NCBI GenBank assembly: GCA_038893995.1
Contig: JAWAQK010000002.1
Coordinates: forward strand, 32,001-96,000
Direction: 5' to 3'
Length of the DNA stretch: 64,000 nt
Origin: Candidatus Thorarchaeota archaeon
Lineage (GTDB): Archaea > Asgardarchaeota > Thorarchaeia > Thorarchaeales > Thorarchaeaceae
Shown: positions 42,301 through 51,240 of the stretch, in pieces
How the letters are laid out: each line of letters opens with the position of its first letter
How positions within the stretch are numbered: the stretch's first letter is position 1
The notes under the pieces: generated by a model
Database searches by the model: none
Told to the model about the DNA's origin: nothing
Seen by the model: the letters and a program-made list of their open reading frames with translations, nothing else
Position numbers and translations under genes: made by a program

Positions 42301-42906
42301 GTCGATGATGAAAGTCATAACATGGATGTCTGCTTCCGATACCCATCTCGATTCTACGATGCAACTCGTCAGATGGTCAGCCCAAAGACCTTTGAACGTG
42401 TAGTGGACACTGTCAAGGCTCGTCTGGGGACAGAGGCTCAGTATGAGGGTTTCGGATTCACGCACGGGACGTCTTCAATTCATATGGGTCCTAGAGTGTC
42501 CCGGTACAAATTGTTGAACACCATGGCGGACAAGTTGAAGGCTCAGCTCGCCCTGGCCAAAACCATAGCAGCTGTTGATCCTCGCGATGTCGCTGAGAGG
42601 GTCTTGTCCCATCACTTCATTCGTGACATTCGTGGCAATCTCAGGGCCTTTACCACACAGAGGTTTCACTGTTTCAGATGTCGAAGGATTTTTCGTAGAG
42701 TCCCGTTGTCCGGTCGCTGCACATGCGGTGCCCCCCTTTCACTGACAGTGCGGAAGAAAAACATCTCCAAGTATCTTGAGATTGCAGAAACCACGATTGC
42801 AGAGCATGGTCTGGGCCCCTACCTATTAGATCGTCTGCGTTTGATGAAGTCATCACTGGACTCGATGTTTCTCTCTGAGCAGACCAGTCTGACAGATTTC
42901 TACTGA
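39316..42906 (+). CDS. polC: DNA polymerase D large subunit DP2
   Basis: AGPIRAAGGT, RYGRSRNTG, HAAKRRNCDGDED, C-terminal PIP box QTSLTDFY; no intein. Confidence 0.98.
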   Translation: MSGQDYSLPKHSPSYAEYFRTISDEIGRIYEIASRARAKGIDPSEKVEIPPAHDLAARVEATLDGPVGIARRIRELQRSMSREEVAFQLAREVVEGRFGEIGSDEVTNPALREEKAADKAVRVALSILTESITAAPLEGIAKVKIHGSNEDRYLALYLAGPIRAAGGTEAAVTVLVADYVRQVLGLPPLRPTEKEVERAVEEVELYARNVHLQYPVNSDLIRFAARHLPIMLTGEPTEEIEVSGTRDLERIETNRVRGGAVLVLNDGVVGRAAKLAKIVNRLNIPGWSWLDEIVARTSKTKSIETDDERQKLLAPKQDYLVDVIAGRPVFSHPSKIGGFRVRYGRSRNTGLAAVGLHPATMVVLSEFLASGTHIRTERPGKGSIVAPVDTIEGPIVLLVDGSVRQLNDVNEARACMGSIKKVLYLGDILIALGEFLENNHPLVPSAYCEEWWSHDLEQKTQALSRNQLASLLRDSGVSPEEYESFVHNPLTHYPTPQQAVLMSKLLDIPLHPRYVYRWNALSPVEFDEFRTWLLTSYGEIVEDGRRLIKAPDNSRFKAMLERIGAPHRYLQGSREIVLLDDPLTILEQLGNREHEPQGSTTLDAVNSVSNVRVGDRLGFHIGARMGRPEKAEARRMKPPVQVLFPVGRDSSTERNLERVARNQESLPPLDTYMSPMETGYGIPRNVETDSGRGVLVELVVRVCPNCGNETFEPMCPVCRVRTQVKRWCSQEGCGLYVDETRGLCPRSHNVNLIRSTKVRRVDIDAYLERVKQEISESDAFDVRGVLGLTSELKIPEYLGKGILRAKHGVYCYRDGTARFDATDAPLTHFTPKEVGASVGRLRSLGYSVDYQGNPLVSDDQILELKVQDIVVSEACVEYLFRVGQFVDDCLEKIYGLDRYYRFASLEDLIGHLVIGLAPHTSAGIVGRIIGFTDASVCYAHPYWHAAKRRNCDGDEDSVMLVMDALLNFSKSFLPAGRGGFMDAPLVLSVILNPQEVDDESHNMDVCFRYPSRFYDATRQMVSPKTFERVVDTVKARLGTEAQYEGFGFTHGTSSIHMGPRVSRYKLLNTMADKLKAQLALAKTIAAVDPRDVAERVLSHHFIRDIRGNLRAFTTQRFHCFRCRRIFRRVPLSGRCTCGAPLSLTVRKKNISKYLEIAETTIAEHGLGPYLLDRLRLMKSSLDSMFLSEQTSLTDFY

Positions 42907-43763
42907 GGTTTGTCCTCCCTGAAGAGTATTGGGAGTAGGTCCATGTCCTCAATCATTCCGATCAGACTTCCGGCATATGAGAGAACAGGGGCCTGATCAA
43001 TGTCACTCTTACGTAGCGTCCTGACACACTCTGAAACGGATGTGACTTCCGTCACAGTGATGACATTTCTTGTCACAATCCTCTCAACCGGTACGTCGGG
43101 TAGTTTCAGCAGCTTGCTTGTGACTACAAGGAAGTCCTTCGAAGTCCATCCCCACTCGACTGAGGACTCTGTTTCGCTGTGGGTTACCATCACCTTGTCC
43201 TCGGTGGATTCCTCTGACATTTTGATGAAGTCGCTCACCGAGATTACCCCGGTGACACCCCCTCTCGAGTTGAGCACGACTAGGGCATTCTCGCCCGCCA
43301 TCTCCATTATCATATAGGCCAGGGGCAGCGGGGTCTGATCCCAGACCGCTGACACCTTCCTTCTCACGAATCCACTTATGTTCTCTTCTTCGAGGCCTTT
43401 CGAATCCTTCAATGCGGCATCAAGTACATCGAGTACTGAAACTAGTCCTACCAGGTCATGCTGGGCATCTACTACTGGCACCACGCGATTTCCGGTTTCA
43501 ACCATCTTCTTGGCAACAGTTGCTAATTCGTCGTCCTCCGTGACCGTTGTCGGGTTCCTGTTCATCAGCATCGCAAGCTGGTCCTCATCCGCCTTTCTCA
43601 GCAGGTCGAACCTTGTGACCATACCCACCAAGTTTCTCGTCCCTTTCTTGACTACTGGAATGCTGTCTAATTGTTTCTCCGCCATCAGGTGCAATACATC
43701 CTCTCTCGAACCTGGTACGGAAACGTAGACCATGTCTGTCCGCATGCACTTGGATACCCTCAT
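42900..43763 (-). CDS. Tandem CBS-domain protein (4 CBS)
   Basis: Four h-PVV...L.G.h.S/T..D repeats; start moved to ATG 43763. Confidence 0.88.
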   Translation of the reverse strand: MRVSKCMRTDMVYVSVPGSREDVLHLMAEKQLDSIPVVKKGTRNLVGMVTRFDLLRKADEDQLAMLMNRNPTTVTEDDELATVAKKMVETGNRVVPVVDAQHDLVGLVSVLDVLDAALKDSKGLEEENISGFVRRKVSAVWDQTPLPLAYMIMEMAGENALVVLNSRGGVTGVISVSDFIKMSEESTEDKVMVTHSETESSVEWGWTSKDFLVVTSKLLKLPDVPVERIVTRNVITVTEVTSVSECVRTLRKSDIDQAPVLSYAGSLIGMIEDMDLLPILFREDKPQ

Positions 43764-44031
43764 AGTCGAACACTCCGGTACTCGAGATGACCACTCATCA
43801 CTGCTTCCGCCAAAGATGATATTGGCTCTCTCAGAACGTTGAACAAGCTGGAATTTCAAGCGTACCTTTTTAAGATATCTTCAGCTGGGAAGAGGTCAAG
43901 CTATCAGTTCATCAAGCTCGATTTCTAGCTCACAGCAGTGTTGAGCTTCGTCATGGAATCAGGGCTCTGGCCACAAGCGATATAACGACCCCCTCATATG
44001 CAACACCCAGAATCAGCTCAGAGGGACAGAC

Positions 44032-45354
44032 TTGAAGAGCACCAGAGAGGTCTACGATCACATCTTCAGCCTTATCGAGCAGCACGAAAAGTGGATGACG
44101 AAGACAATCAACTTGATCGCGTCTGAGAATGTTTCATCGCCAGCCGTAAGGTCTGCAATAGTATGTGATTTTCGTGACAGGTATGCTGAGGGCTGGCCTG
44201 GAGAGAGAGTCTACGCGGGCTGTGTCTACATTGACCAAGTGGAAACAATGTGTATCGACCTTGCAAAGGAACTCTTCAGGGCAGAATTTGCGGATGTAAG
44301 ACCGGTGTCCGGCGTGGTAGCCAATCTTGTGATGTACACTGCAATGATGCAGCCGCTGGACAGGATGATGGCACTGTCGATCGCTGATGGTGGACACATA
44401 TCTCATGCAAGAGCGAACCTGGGCGGGACTGCTGGAGCAGTCAGAGGACACAAGGTACGGAACTGGATCTTTGACGAGTCTGAGTTCAACATAGATGTCG
44501 ATGCTAGTATCAAGGAGATTCGGAGGCTTGAGGCCGAGGGAGATCACATAAGCTTCCTCCTGTTTGGTGGAAGTGTGTTCCCATTTCCTCACCCGGTCAA
44601 GGAGTTCAGGGACGTCGCGGATGAGTTCAGTATGACCATAGGCTATGATTCCGCGCACGTTTCAGGTCTTATTGCAGCCGGCCGGTTTCAAGATCCATTA
44701 AGGGAGGGCGCCGACATCATGACTGCCTCGACCCATAAGACATTGCCTGGTCCCCAGCACGGCATTGTCTTGTCCAAGGCCAAGTATGCCGACGCAATCA
44801 AGACCGCTTCGTTTCCAGGGTTGTTGAGCAACCACCACCTCCATAACGTGGCGGGGTTGGCAATTGCGCTCACAGAGATGCTGGAGTTTGGAAAGGCCTA
44901 TGCGGATCAAATCATAAGGAATGCAAAGGCTCTTGCTCAGTCGTTGCATAACAGAGGCTGGAATGTGGTTGCTGAGCACAAGGGCTTCACTCAGTCACAT
45001 GTGGTCCTATGTGATGTTTCCGAGACTCCACTGAAGAACGGTCGTGCTGTTGAAGAACGGCTGGAACGAGCTGGCATCATCATCAATCGTAATCTGCTAC
45101 CGTGGGACAAACGAATGGGCCGTGACTACAAGACTCCCGGCGGAATTCGACTTGGGACCAGCGAAGTCACACGGCTTGGGATGAAGGAATCAGAGATGGA
45201 CGAAATTGCCGATTTCATTCACAGGGTCGTCATGAAGGACGAGGATGTCTTGAAGATAAGCGATGAGGTCAGGGAGTTTCGTAGTGAGTATCAGCGTGTC
45301 CACTATGCATTCGAGAATGAAACGCCTGCATACGCACATCTCAGATTCAGGTAG
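44032..45354 (+). CDS. glyA: Serine hydroxymethyltransferase (archaeal type)
   Basis: NLIASEN, RYAEG, GGHISH, STHKTLPGPQ.G. Confidence 0.96.
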   Translation: MKSTREVYDHIFSLIEQHEKWMTKTINLIASENVSSPAVRSAIVCDFRDRYAEGWPGERVYAGCVYIDQVETMCIDLAKELFRAEFADVRPVSGVVANLVMYTAMMQPLDRMMALSIADGGHISHARANLGGTAGAVRGHKVRNWIFDESEFNIDVDASIKEIRRLEAEGDHISFLLFGGSVFPFPHPVKEFRDVADEFSMTIGYDSAHVSGLIAAGRFQDPLREGADIMTASTHKTLPGPQHGIVLSKAKYADAIKTASFPGLLSNHHLHNVAGLAIALTEMLEFGKAYADQIIRNAKALAQSLHNRGWNVVAEHKGFTQSHVVLCDVSETPLKNGRAVEERLERAGIIINRNLLPWDKRMGRDYKTPGGIRLGTSEVTRLGMKESEMDEIADFIHRVVMKDEDVLKISDEVREFRSEYQRVHYAFENETPAYAHLRFR

Positions 45355-45374
45355 TTACAGGGAGGTGGACACTC

Positions 45375-45659
45375 GTGGACATCTGTGAGGCCCAGTCTCA
45401 TATGAAACAGATCTACGGCTTACGCGATCGAGATGCCGGAGTAAATGTGGCTCTGCTTCGTACCTACCAGGAACTGGCAGAGCTTAGCGAGGCGGTGATG
45501 TCAAATCTATCAACCAGAGAGTTGGCTGGAGAGCTGGCCGACCTACTTGCGTGGGTATGCTCTCTGGCCAACCTCCTTGATATCGATCTGAATGGTGCAT
45601 TCTTGGCAAAGTATGGTCGAGGTTGTTCGAGGTGCCATTCCTCGCCATGTATCTGCTAG
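45375..45659 (+). CDS. MazG-like nucleotide pyrophosphohydrolase
   Basis: E..EL.EA, ELADLLAW..SLAN, C-terminal C..C...PC.C. Confidence 0.85.
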   Translation: MDICEAQSHMKQIYGLRDRDAGVNVALLRTYQELAELSEAVMSNLSTRELAGELADLLAWVCSLANLLDIDLNGAFLAKYGRGCSRCHSSPCIC

Positions 45660-45847
45660 CTTCGAGTCTGTTCACTGTTCAGATGTGTCAGGTACCTGGT
45701 AGACGACTCCTGATGTAAAGAACAGGTCGGGAATGTGATCTTGCACTGACCTCAGTATCCCCTCCCCTGCCCTGTTCGATCGTAGACACCCCCAGTCAAA
45801 AGAGATAAAAATGGTTCAGTTGAGCTCGTTGCTGGAGGCTCCAGACG

Positions 45848-46030
45848 GTGCCCAAGACAACAAAGAAGCGCAGTGGGAAGAAGGGATCCGGACCGATGCC
45901 ATCCGGTGGGGCGGGTCTCATAAGATTCTTCGAAGACGAAACCCCTGGTGTCAAGGTCGGTCCCGTCGTGGTGGTCGTACTAGCCGCCATGCTCATTGTT
46001 GCTACGGTACTTGCGCATGTGCTGACTTGA
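45848..46030 (+). CDS. secG: Preprotein translocase subunit Sec61beta
   Basis: AGLIRFFEDE..G.KVGP followed by a C-terminal TM. Confidence 0.92.
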   Translation: MPKTTKKRSGKKGSGPMPSGGAGLIRFFEDETPGVKVGPVVVVVLAAMLIVATVLAHVLT

Positions 46031-46099
46031 ACGAACGTATCCGAGCCTAAGAATTATAAGGCCTTCCCAGTGCACCCCACCAGGGTCGGTGAAGCAGCA

Positions 46100-46378
46100 A
46101 TGAAAGTGAGTTCATCCGTGAATCGGTACTGTCCCAGATGCAGGGGATACAGAGAACACTCAACATCGATCTACAAGAAGGGAAAGGACCGATCCTTGTC
46201 CGCTGGCGCCCGAAGAATGAGGCGACGTACCAAGGGTTACGGATCGTTTCCAAAACCAATTCAAAAACGTTTTTCGAAGACCACCAAGAAAGTTTCATTG
46301 AAGTATAAGTGCAAGGAATGTGGTTATCAAAGTCAGAAGAAAGGCATGCGTCTCAAGAAGGTCGAGATTGAGCGATAG
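46100..46378 (+). CDS. rpl44e: 50S ribosomal protein eL42 (L44e)
   Basis: YCPRC, GYGS, KTTKKV.L...C.ECG. Confidence 0.96.
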   Translation: MKVSSSVNRYCPRCRGYREHSTSIYKKGKDRSLSAGARRMRRRTKGYGSFPKPIQKRFSKTTKKVSLKYKCKECGYQSQKKGMRLKKVEIER

Positions 46379-46505
46379 ACCCTTCACTGTTTTCTACTAC
46401 TCATGTCGATAGAGTTATAATCACCAGAAGAAGTGTGGTCCTAGCTGCCCCAGAAGCAGCCTCCATTCCCGGAGTCATGTGGATTGAAACCAGAGGTGAT
46501 CAGAT

Positions 46506-46706
46506 CTGAGTAAGGGTGATATTATTCCCCAGCCCACATCACGCTTCCTGCGAGTGAAATGTCTGGACTGTGATAACGAGCAGATCATATTCGGTTGCGC
46601 CTCTACGGAGGTCAAGTGTCTGAAGTGCGGAAAGCTTCTTGCACGACCCTCTGGAGGAAAGGCGCGTCTTGAGCCCACAGCCCGAGAATTGGAGATTCTG
46701 CAGTAG
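46506..46706 (+). CDS. rps27e: 30S ribosomal protein eS27 with CUG start (not in ORF track)
   Basis: (CTG)SKGDIIPQPTSRFLRVKCLDCDNEQIIFGCASTEVKCLKCGKLLARPSGGKA...; SD GAGGTGAT 5 nt upstream; canonical position between rpl44e and aIF2alpha. Confidence 0.95.
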   Translation: MSKGDIIPQPTSRFLRVKCLDCDNEQIIFGCASTEVKCLKCGKLLARPSGGKARLEPTARELEILQ

Positions 46707-46738
46707 ACTCCTTTCTGGCTTCACAAACTGGAGATGAA

Positions 46739-47539
46739 ATGTGTATGGTCCTCAGGAGAGCTGAATGGCCCCAGGTCGATGACTTCGCAATTGCGGTCGC
46801 GACGAAAGTTACGTCCTACGGCGCATATGTGACTCTACCCGAGTACAACAACAAGGAGGGTTTCATTCACATCTCTGAGATCAGCAGCACATGGGTACGC
46901 AATATTCGAAATCACATACACGAGAACCAGCGGGTCGTCGTCAAGATCTTGCAGGTCGATCCAGAGAAGGGACAGATTGACTGCTCGCTCCGAAGAGTAT
47001 CGGCCGAGGCTGCCCGTGCCAAGAACAACGAGTGGAAGCGAGCCCAGAAGGCAGAAAGAATCCTCGAACAGCTTGCAAGCGACTCGAATATGACCCTTCA
47101 GGAGACCTATCGGGCGGTGGGCTGGCCCCTCGAAGATCATTTTGGAGAGATCTACACAGCGCTCGAGAAGATAGCCGTAGAAGGGGAGGCTGCACTTGTG
47201 TCGGTTGACATACCCCGCGAGCTTCGCGCGCGTCTAATAGAACTTGCCAGGTCAAGGATTGAGACTCCCTCAGTGGAGTTGGATGGCGAGCTGAATATAC
47301 AGGTCCCAGGGATTGATGGCGTTGAGGTGATCAAGAAAGCGCTATTAGCTGGTCTCAGTGTTGCGAAGAATAACAGGAGCTCCACAGTTGATATCTACAC
47401 GTTAGGATCTCCTCGTTACAAGTTGAGGATCACTGGTCCTGACTACAAAGAGGCAGAGTCAGTCCTGTCCGCGGTCGTTGAGGCTGTTTCTGGTATCGTT
47501 CGTGCGCAGGGTGGAGTTGTTTCGCTCACCAGGAAGTAG
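46739..47539 (+). CDS. eif2a: Translation initiation factor aIF2 alpha
   Basis: S1 domain YGAYVTL.EY..KEGFIHISEI, IDCSLRRV, GSPRY. Confidence 0.96.
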   Translation: MCMVLRRAEWPQVDDFAIAVATKVTSYGAYVTLPEYNNKEGFIHISEISSTWVRNIRNHIHENQRVVVKILQVDPEKGQIDCSLRRVSAEAARAKNNEWKRAQKAERILEQLASDSNMTLQETYRAVGWPLEDHFGEIYTALEKIAVEGEAALVSVDIPRELRARLIELARSRIETPSVELDGELNIQVPGIDGVEVIKKALLAGLSVAKNNRSSTVDIYTLGSPRYKLRITGPDYKEAESVLSAVVEAVSGIVRAQGGVVSLTRK

Positions 47540-47546
47540 ATCGCAT

Positions 47547-47735
47547 ATGCCATCGCTATTCAAGTGCGCCCAGTGTGGTTCATACACACTGCGGGACACA
47601 TCTTGTCCAAAATGCAATGGCAAGGTATTTGATCCAGAGCCTCCGAAGTTTAGCCTAGTTGACAAGTATGCGGAGTATAGACGAAGGGCAAGGAAGATGG
47701 GCCGAAGTGCCACAGGCATGAATCAGTCAACATGA
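47547..47735 (+). CDS. nop10: H/ACA RNP protein Nop10
   Basis: KC..CG.YTL...CPKC, PPKFS..DKYAEYRR. Confidence 0.93.
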   Translation: MPSLFKCAQCGSYTLRDTSCPKCNGKVFDPEPPKFSLVDKYAEYRRRARKMGRSATGMNQST

Positions 47736-47919
47736 TGGACCTCGTCTGCAGCGGGCGGCAGTCGACGGTCGAATTCTGGACTGTGTGCCTTGTTTCAACA
47801 GTTTGCTTTCGCCGCCCGTGCAGTCTATTTGATGTCCACTCCTCACCTCTTGGTCTCGGCATCGACCTGTCCTACGCATGTTCACCCTGTCACATCTAGT
47901 CTTTCGGATCTGTCCGTAC

Positions 47920-50658
47920 CTAATACAGATCTACGGGTACCCAGAATGAGTACCAATTGGTCATCAGTGTTGGCAGACCTGATTGGGTGTTCCTCCAGTA
48001 CAGGAACTGGATCTGATAGTTCATTCCCGGTTTCATGGATAGATCCTGGGAGTCACGAGAGTTGAGTGGTATTATGTACTCAACGACTTTGTTTCCAGCA
48101 CCGGACTCCGATGGGTTAATACCCGTGCTGTCCTGCTTCCAGGCGCCTCCTTCGACTGAGTAACCGTCATAGTGTGCCTGACCGTTGTAATTGACTGCAT
48201 GGATATCCACGAAATCGGTTCTTCCGATCTGAGACAATTGGATACCGATTGCGTCATTGGCATAATCGTAGTTCTCCATCTCAATCCCGATGTACATATG
48301 GGTCTCATTTGCCCTCATGTAGATGTCAGCATAGTGCCCCGCGCCGAATACTACGCTTCGCTTGGCAAATGTGCGCTCGGTAGCCCCGATTTGTCCATCC
48401 GCCTTGGCAAAGTGGAGAGATCCCTTCTCCGTCTTCCATTCCGCGCTGGTGCGATTCTGATATTGGTAGAGCATTGTGTAATCTATCTCGTATATCTTGA
48501 CCAATCCGTATCGGTAACTGACAAAGACCGGCTTGAATGCACCGTGGAGAGTGGTCGGAATGTTATTGACCCACCTGGTATCAGTTTCCTTCTCTATGTA
48601 GTACCTGTCGTATGCCAGTCGGTCACTTGACAGGGTTGTGCCCTGAGTTGACCTTGGTTCTTCAAATAGCATCAGCTTATAGAGGGTCGAACGGAAGAAT
48701 GCATCAAGTGTATACTCGTCCTCCTTTACGTCTGCCGTATTCGGATTGTCACCGAGGTAGATTGCATCATCTATCTTACTTGATCCAAGTCTGTCCTCAG
48801 CTATGCGTACCATCCAGGGCCATTTTCCGTCATCTCCTCCCACTCCAGGGACACGATGTCCCCAGTACACAAGGACATGAGTGGCATTCCAGATCTTGAA
48901 CGTCTTCAGTGACTCGGTGAGGTTCAGCGCCATCAAGGCGTATCCCATCAGTGCTATTTGTGTGGAATTATGCGTGGAGTTATCCACGATTGTACGGGCT
49001 CCGCCTGCGGTGCCAATCCAGTATCCGTAGTCCCACCAGGAAGCTATTGTTGCTGATGGTGGGAGCGTCCTGATGAACGTCATCGCAGTCTGCCAGTCTG
49101 TATGTGAAGAATCATATGCAAACTCAGGACGATTGGACGCGCTTGTGGCAAAACTGACGCCTGTGAAGACAGTCATTGAAAGCATTAGACCAACCACAAG
49201 GTATGCGGCGAGTGCATGTTCTGAAGTCAGAGCCGAGCTCACCCTGAACCTTCGTCTCTCGAAAACTGATTTCTGGACGACTATTCTTGCAAAGGGTGCT
49301 AACACTCCATTGACCGCGACGGCACCCAATACGGCTGCTCCCACAGACAGAATCAGTGCTAGCCTTATCATACTACCCGTAAAGTACACTGAGGAGATCC
49401 CGTAGAGCACTAGCAGGATGTCCTCGTCTCTTCGTCTCTTGAATAGGAAGTACATTCCCAGCGGCATGAACAGGACAAGTACTGAGAGGTTGCTGTAGAA
49501 GCTTGACCACGGACTTGGAAGGTGTTCTGCAACTGATGCAAATATGCGTTGTTCCATCCTGAAGAACGGGTTTACCACTGTGAGAAACTTTCCGCCGATG
49601 GTCAGGAATGGTGTGGACTCAAGTGTAGCTATCTGCAACCCGATGTTGCCTGTATAGACGAAGTATCCTACCACTCCAATCGCCGACGTGATGGCTCCGA
49701 ACAATATCGGACGCAAGTATGAACCAAACGCGTCCATTGCAGCTGCACGTTGCCCCGCCATCCTGATCCAGATTTCATACCCAACCAGGAGTACTCCAAT
49801 CCCAACAGGTACCATGAATGACACCGAGCTGATATCGGAGAATCCGTTGCGAGGAACCAAGTTGCCTATGAACAGCCCAAGTGCAATAGTGATTGTGTAG
49901 GTGGACAACAATCTCTGGCTGTATCTTCCAAAGAGTATCATCAAGAACGCATACAGTGCAAATAGGCTCACTAGGAAGTCAGCTGCACCCCATGATGCAT
50001 TGAGGTACGCAATGGCAAGGCCTGCTCCTACTGCGGACAGTGTCGAGTTTCGTTTAAGCGACCTAACAAACAGCCAAAGAGCCAGTACGATCGCAAAGAC
50101 TCCTAAAGACTCGTTGTCAAAGAACCCGGCTATCGATCTCTGCATGTATGCAGGGAGAACCGCCATGAAAAGGGCTGTGAGCATGCCGACTGTGTTGTTA
50201 GACGTCTCCCGTCCGAGAAAGAATGAGAGCAGAACAGTAATTGCTCCCATGATTGCTGGGAATACCAGTGCCACATAGGTGATACTCACCTCTATTCCCA
50301 ACGCGTTGGCCAGATAGTACACAAATGCTCCCGTGAACGGTACACCCAGGTACGCTCTCTCCGCGATCTGACGCCCAAATGGAACCCAGCTCGTGTCGTC
50401 ATACCAGCTGAAGAAAGCCACATAGCCATGTTGAGCTACATACTCAACTAACTTCAGCTGGAACCATGGGTCAAAGGCACGTGGAATTGGCTGGGACTGC
50501 ATCAATGGATATAGCCGCATCATGAGTGCCAATATCAGAATCATTGGCATTGTCACTGCTACTATCACAGTTCCACGGGTGATCTTTGCCTTTGGTCTAT
50601 GAAAGACAAGCGACAGAAACTTTGATGCGGACTTCTTGAGTCTGCTGAGTTGGGGCAT
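47920..50658 (-). CDS. aglB: Oligosaccharyltransferase catalytic subunit STT3/AglB, eukaryote-like, with extra C-terminal beta domain
   Basis: FDPWF, G.FDNE, SVAEH, WWDYGY, DNST, DDGKWPWMVRI. Confidence 0.95.
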   Translation of the reverse strand: MPQLSRLKKSASKFLSLVFHRPKAKITRGTVIVAVTMPMILILALMMRLYPLMQSQPIPRAFDPWFQLKLVEYVAQHGYVAFFSWYDDTSWVPFGRQIAERAYLGVPFTGAFVYYLANALGIEVSITYVALVFPAIMGAITVLLSFFLGRETSNNTVGMLTALFMAVLPAYMQRSIAGFFDNESLGVFAIVLALWLFVRSLKRNSTLSAVGAGLAIAYLNASWGAADFLVSLFALYAFLMILFGRYSQRLLSTYTITIALGLFIGNLVPRNGFSDISSVSFMVPVGIGVLLVGYEIWIRMAGQRAAAMDAFGSYLRPILFGAITSAIGVVGYFVYTGNIGLQIATLESTPFLTIGGKFLTVVNPFFRMEQRIFASVAEHLPSPWSSFYSNLSVLVLFMPLGMYFLFKRRRDEDILLVLYGISSVYFTGSMIRLALILSVGAAVLGAVAVNGVLAPFARIVVQKSVFERRRFRVSSALTSEHALAAYLVVGLMLSMTVFTGVSFATSASNRPEFAYDSSHTDWQTAMTFIRTLPPSATIASWWDYGYWIGTAGGARTIVDNSTHNSTQIALMGYALMALNLTESLKTFKIWNATHVLVYWGHRVPGVGGDDGKWPWMVRIAEDRLGSSKIDDAIYLGDNPNTADVKEDEYTLDAFFRSTLYKLMLFEEPRSTQGTTLSSDRLAYDRYYIEKETDTRWVNNIPTTLHGAFKPVFVSYRYGLVKIYEIDYTMLYQYQNRTSAEWKTEKGSLHFAKADGQIGATERTFAKRSVVFGAGHYADIYMRANETHMYIGIEMENYDYANDAIGIQLSQIGRTDFVDIHAVNYNGQAHYDGYSVEGGAWKQDSTGINPSESGAGNKVVEYIIPLNSRDSQDLSMKPGMNYQIQFLYWRNTQSGLPTLMTNWYSFWVPVDLY

Positions 50659-50787
50659 TCAGTACCGCTTCTCCCTTAGGTTGGGTTGTGCATCGTGCCC
50701 CCAGTAGCGCTAAAAAGATTACGTTCGGCCTAGGCATGTACAGCTTCGTCCCCCGATGGAGGGACAGGCAGTACGTCGCCTGCGACC

Positions 50788-51201
50788 CTAGAGCGACTTG
50801 ATGTAATCGGCGTACTCCGTGTCGTTCATGAGCTTCTTCAAATCTGGATCCAGCGACGAGGGTTTCATCTTGAACAACCATCCCGCACCATAAGGATCTT
50901 CGTTGACGATCTCGGGCGATTTCTCAAGGTTCTTGTTGACCTCTATCACTGTTCCAGAGATAGGTGAGAAGACATCTGAAGAGGCCTTCATGGATTCGAC
51001 CAGGCCGCATGGGGCGCCTGCCTTCAGTTCTGTACCCACTTCACTTACCTCCACGAAAGTTATCTCGTGGAGCGCATTCTGTGCGTAGTCTGTAATTCCG
51101 ACTATGACCACATCACCCTCGACCCGTGCCCATTCGTGGTCTTTCGTGTAGTATAGCCCGGGTACGACCCTTTTCCCATCAGTCATTGAATACACCACCA
51201 A
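50788..51201 (-). CDS. gcvH: Glycine cleavage system H protein
   Basis: YTKDHEW, GITDYAQ, VESMKA lipoyl Lys, NEDPYG.GW. Confidence 0.96.
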   Translation of the reverse strand: MVVYSMTDGKRVVPGLYYTKDHEWARVEGDVVIVGITDYAQNALHEITFVEVSEVGTELKAGAPCGLVESMKASSDVFSPISGTVIEVNKNLEKSPEIVNEDPYGAGWLFKMKPSSLDPDLKKLMNDTEYADYIKSL

Positions 51202-51240
51202 CTTCCCGCATTGTTCGTGCTTAAATGAATTCCTTCTCGA

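Noticed and set aside
39316-42906. Intein in DP2 (also checked RpoA1, RpoA2, aIF5B, Lhr)
   Set aside because: Usual insertion motifs such as HAAKRRNCDGDED are contiguous and protein lengths are normal
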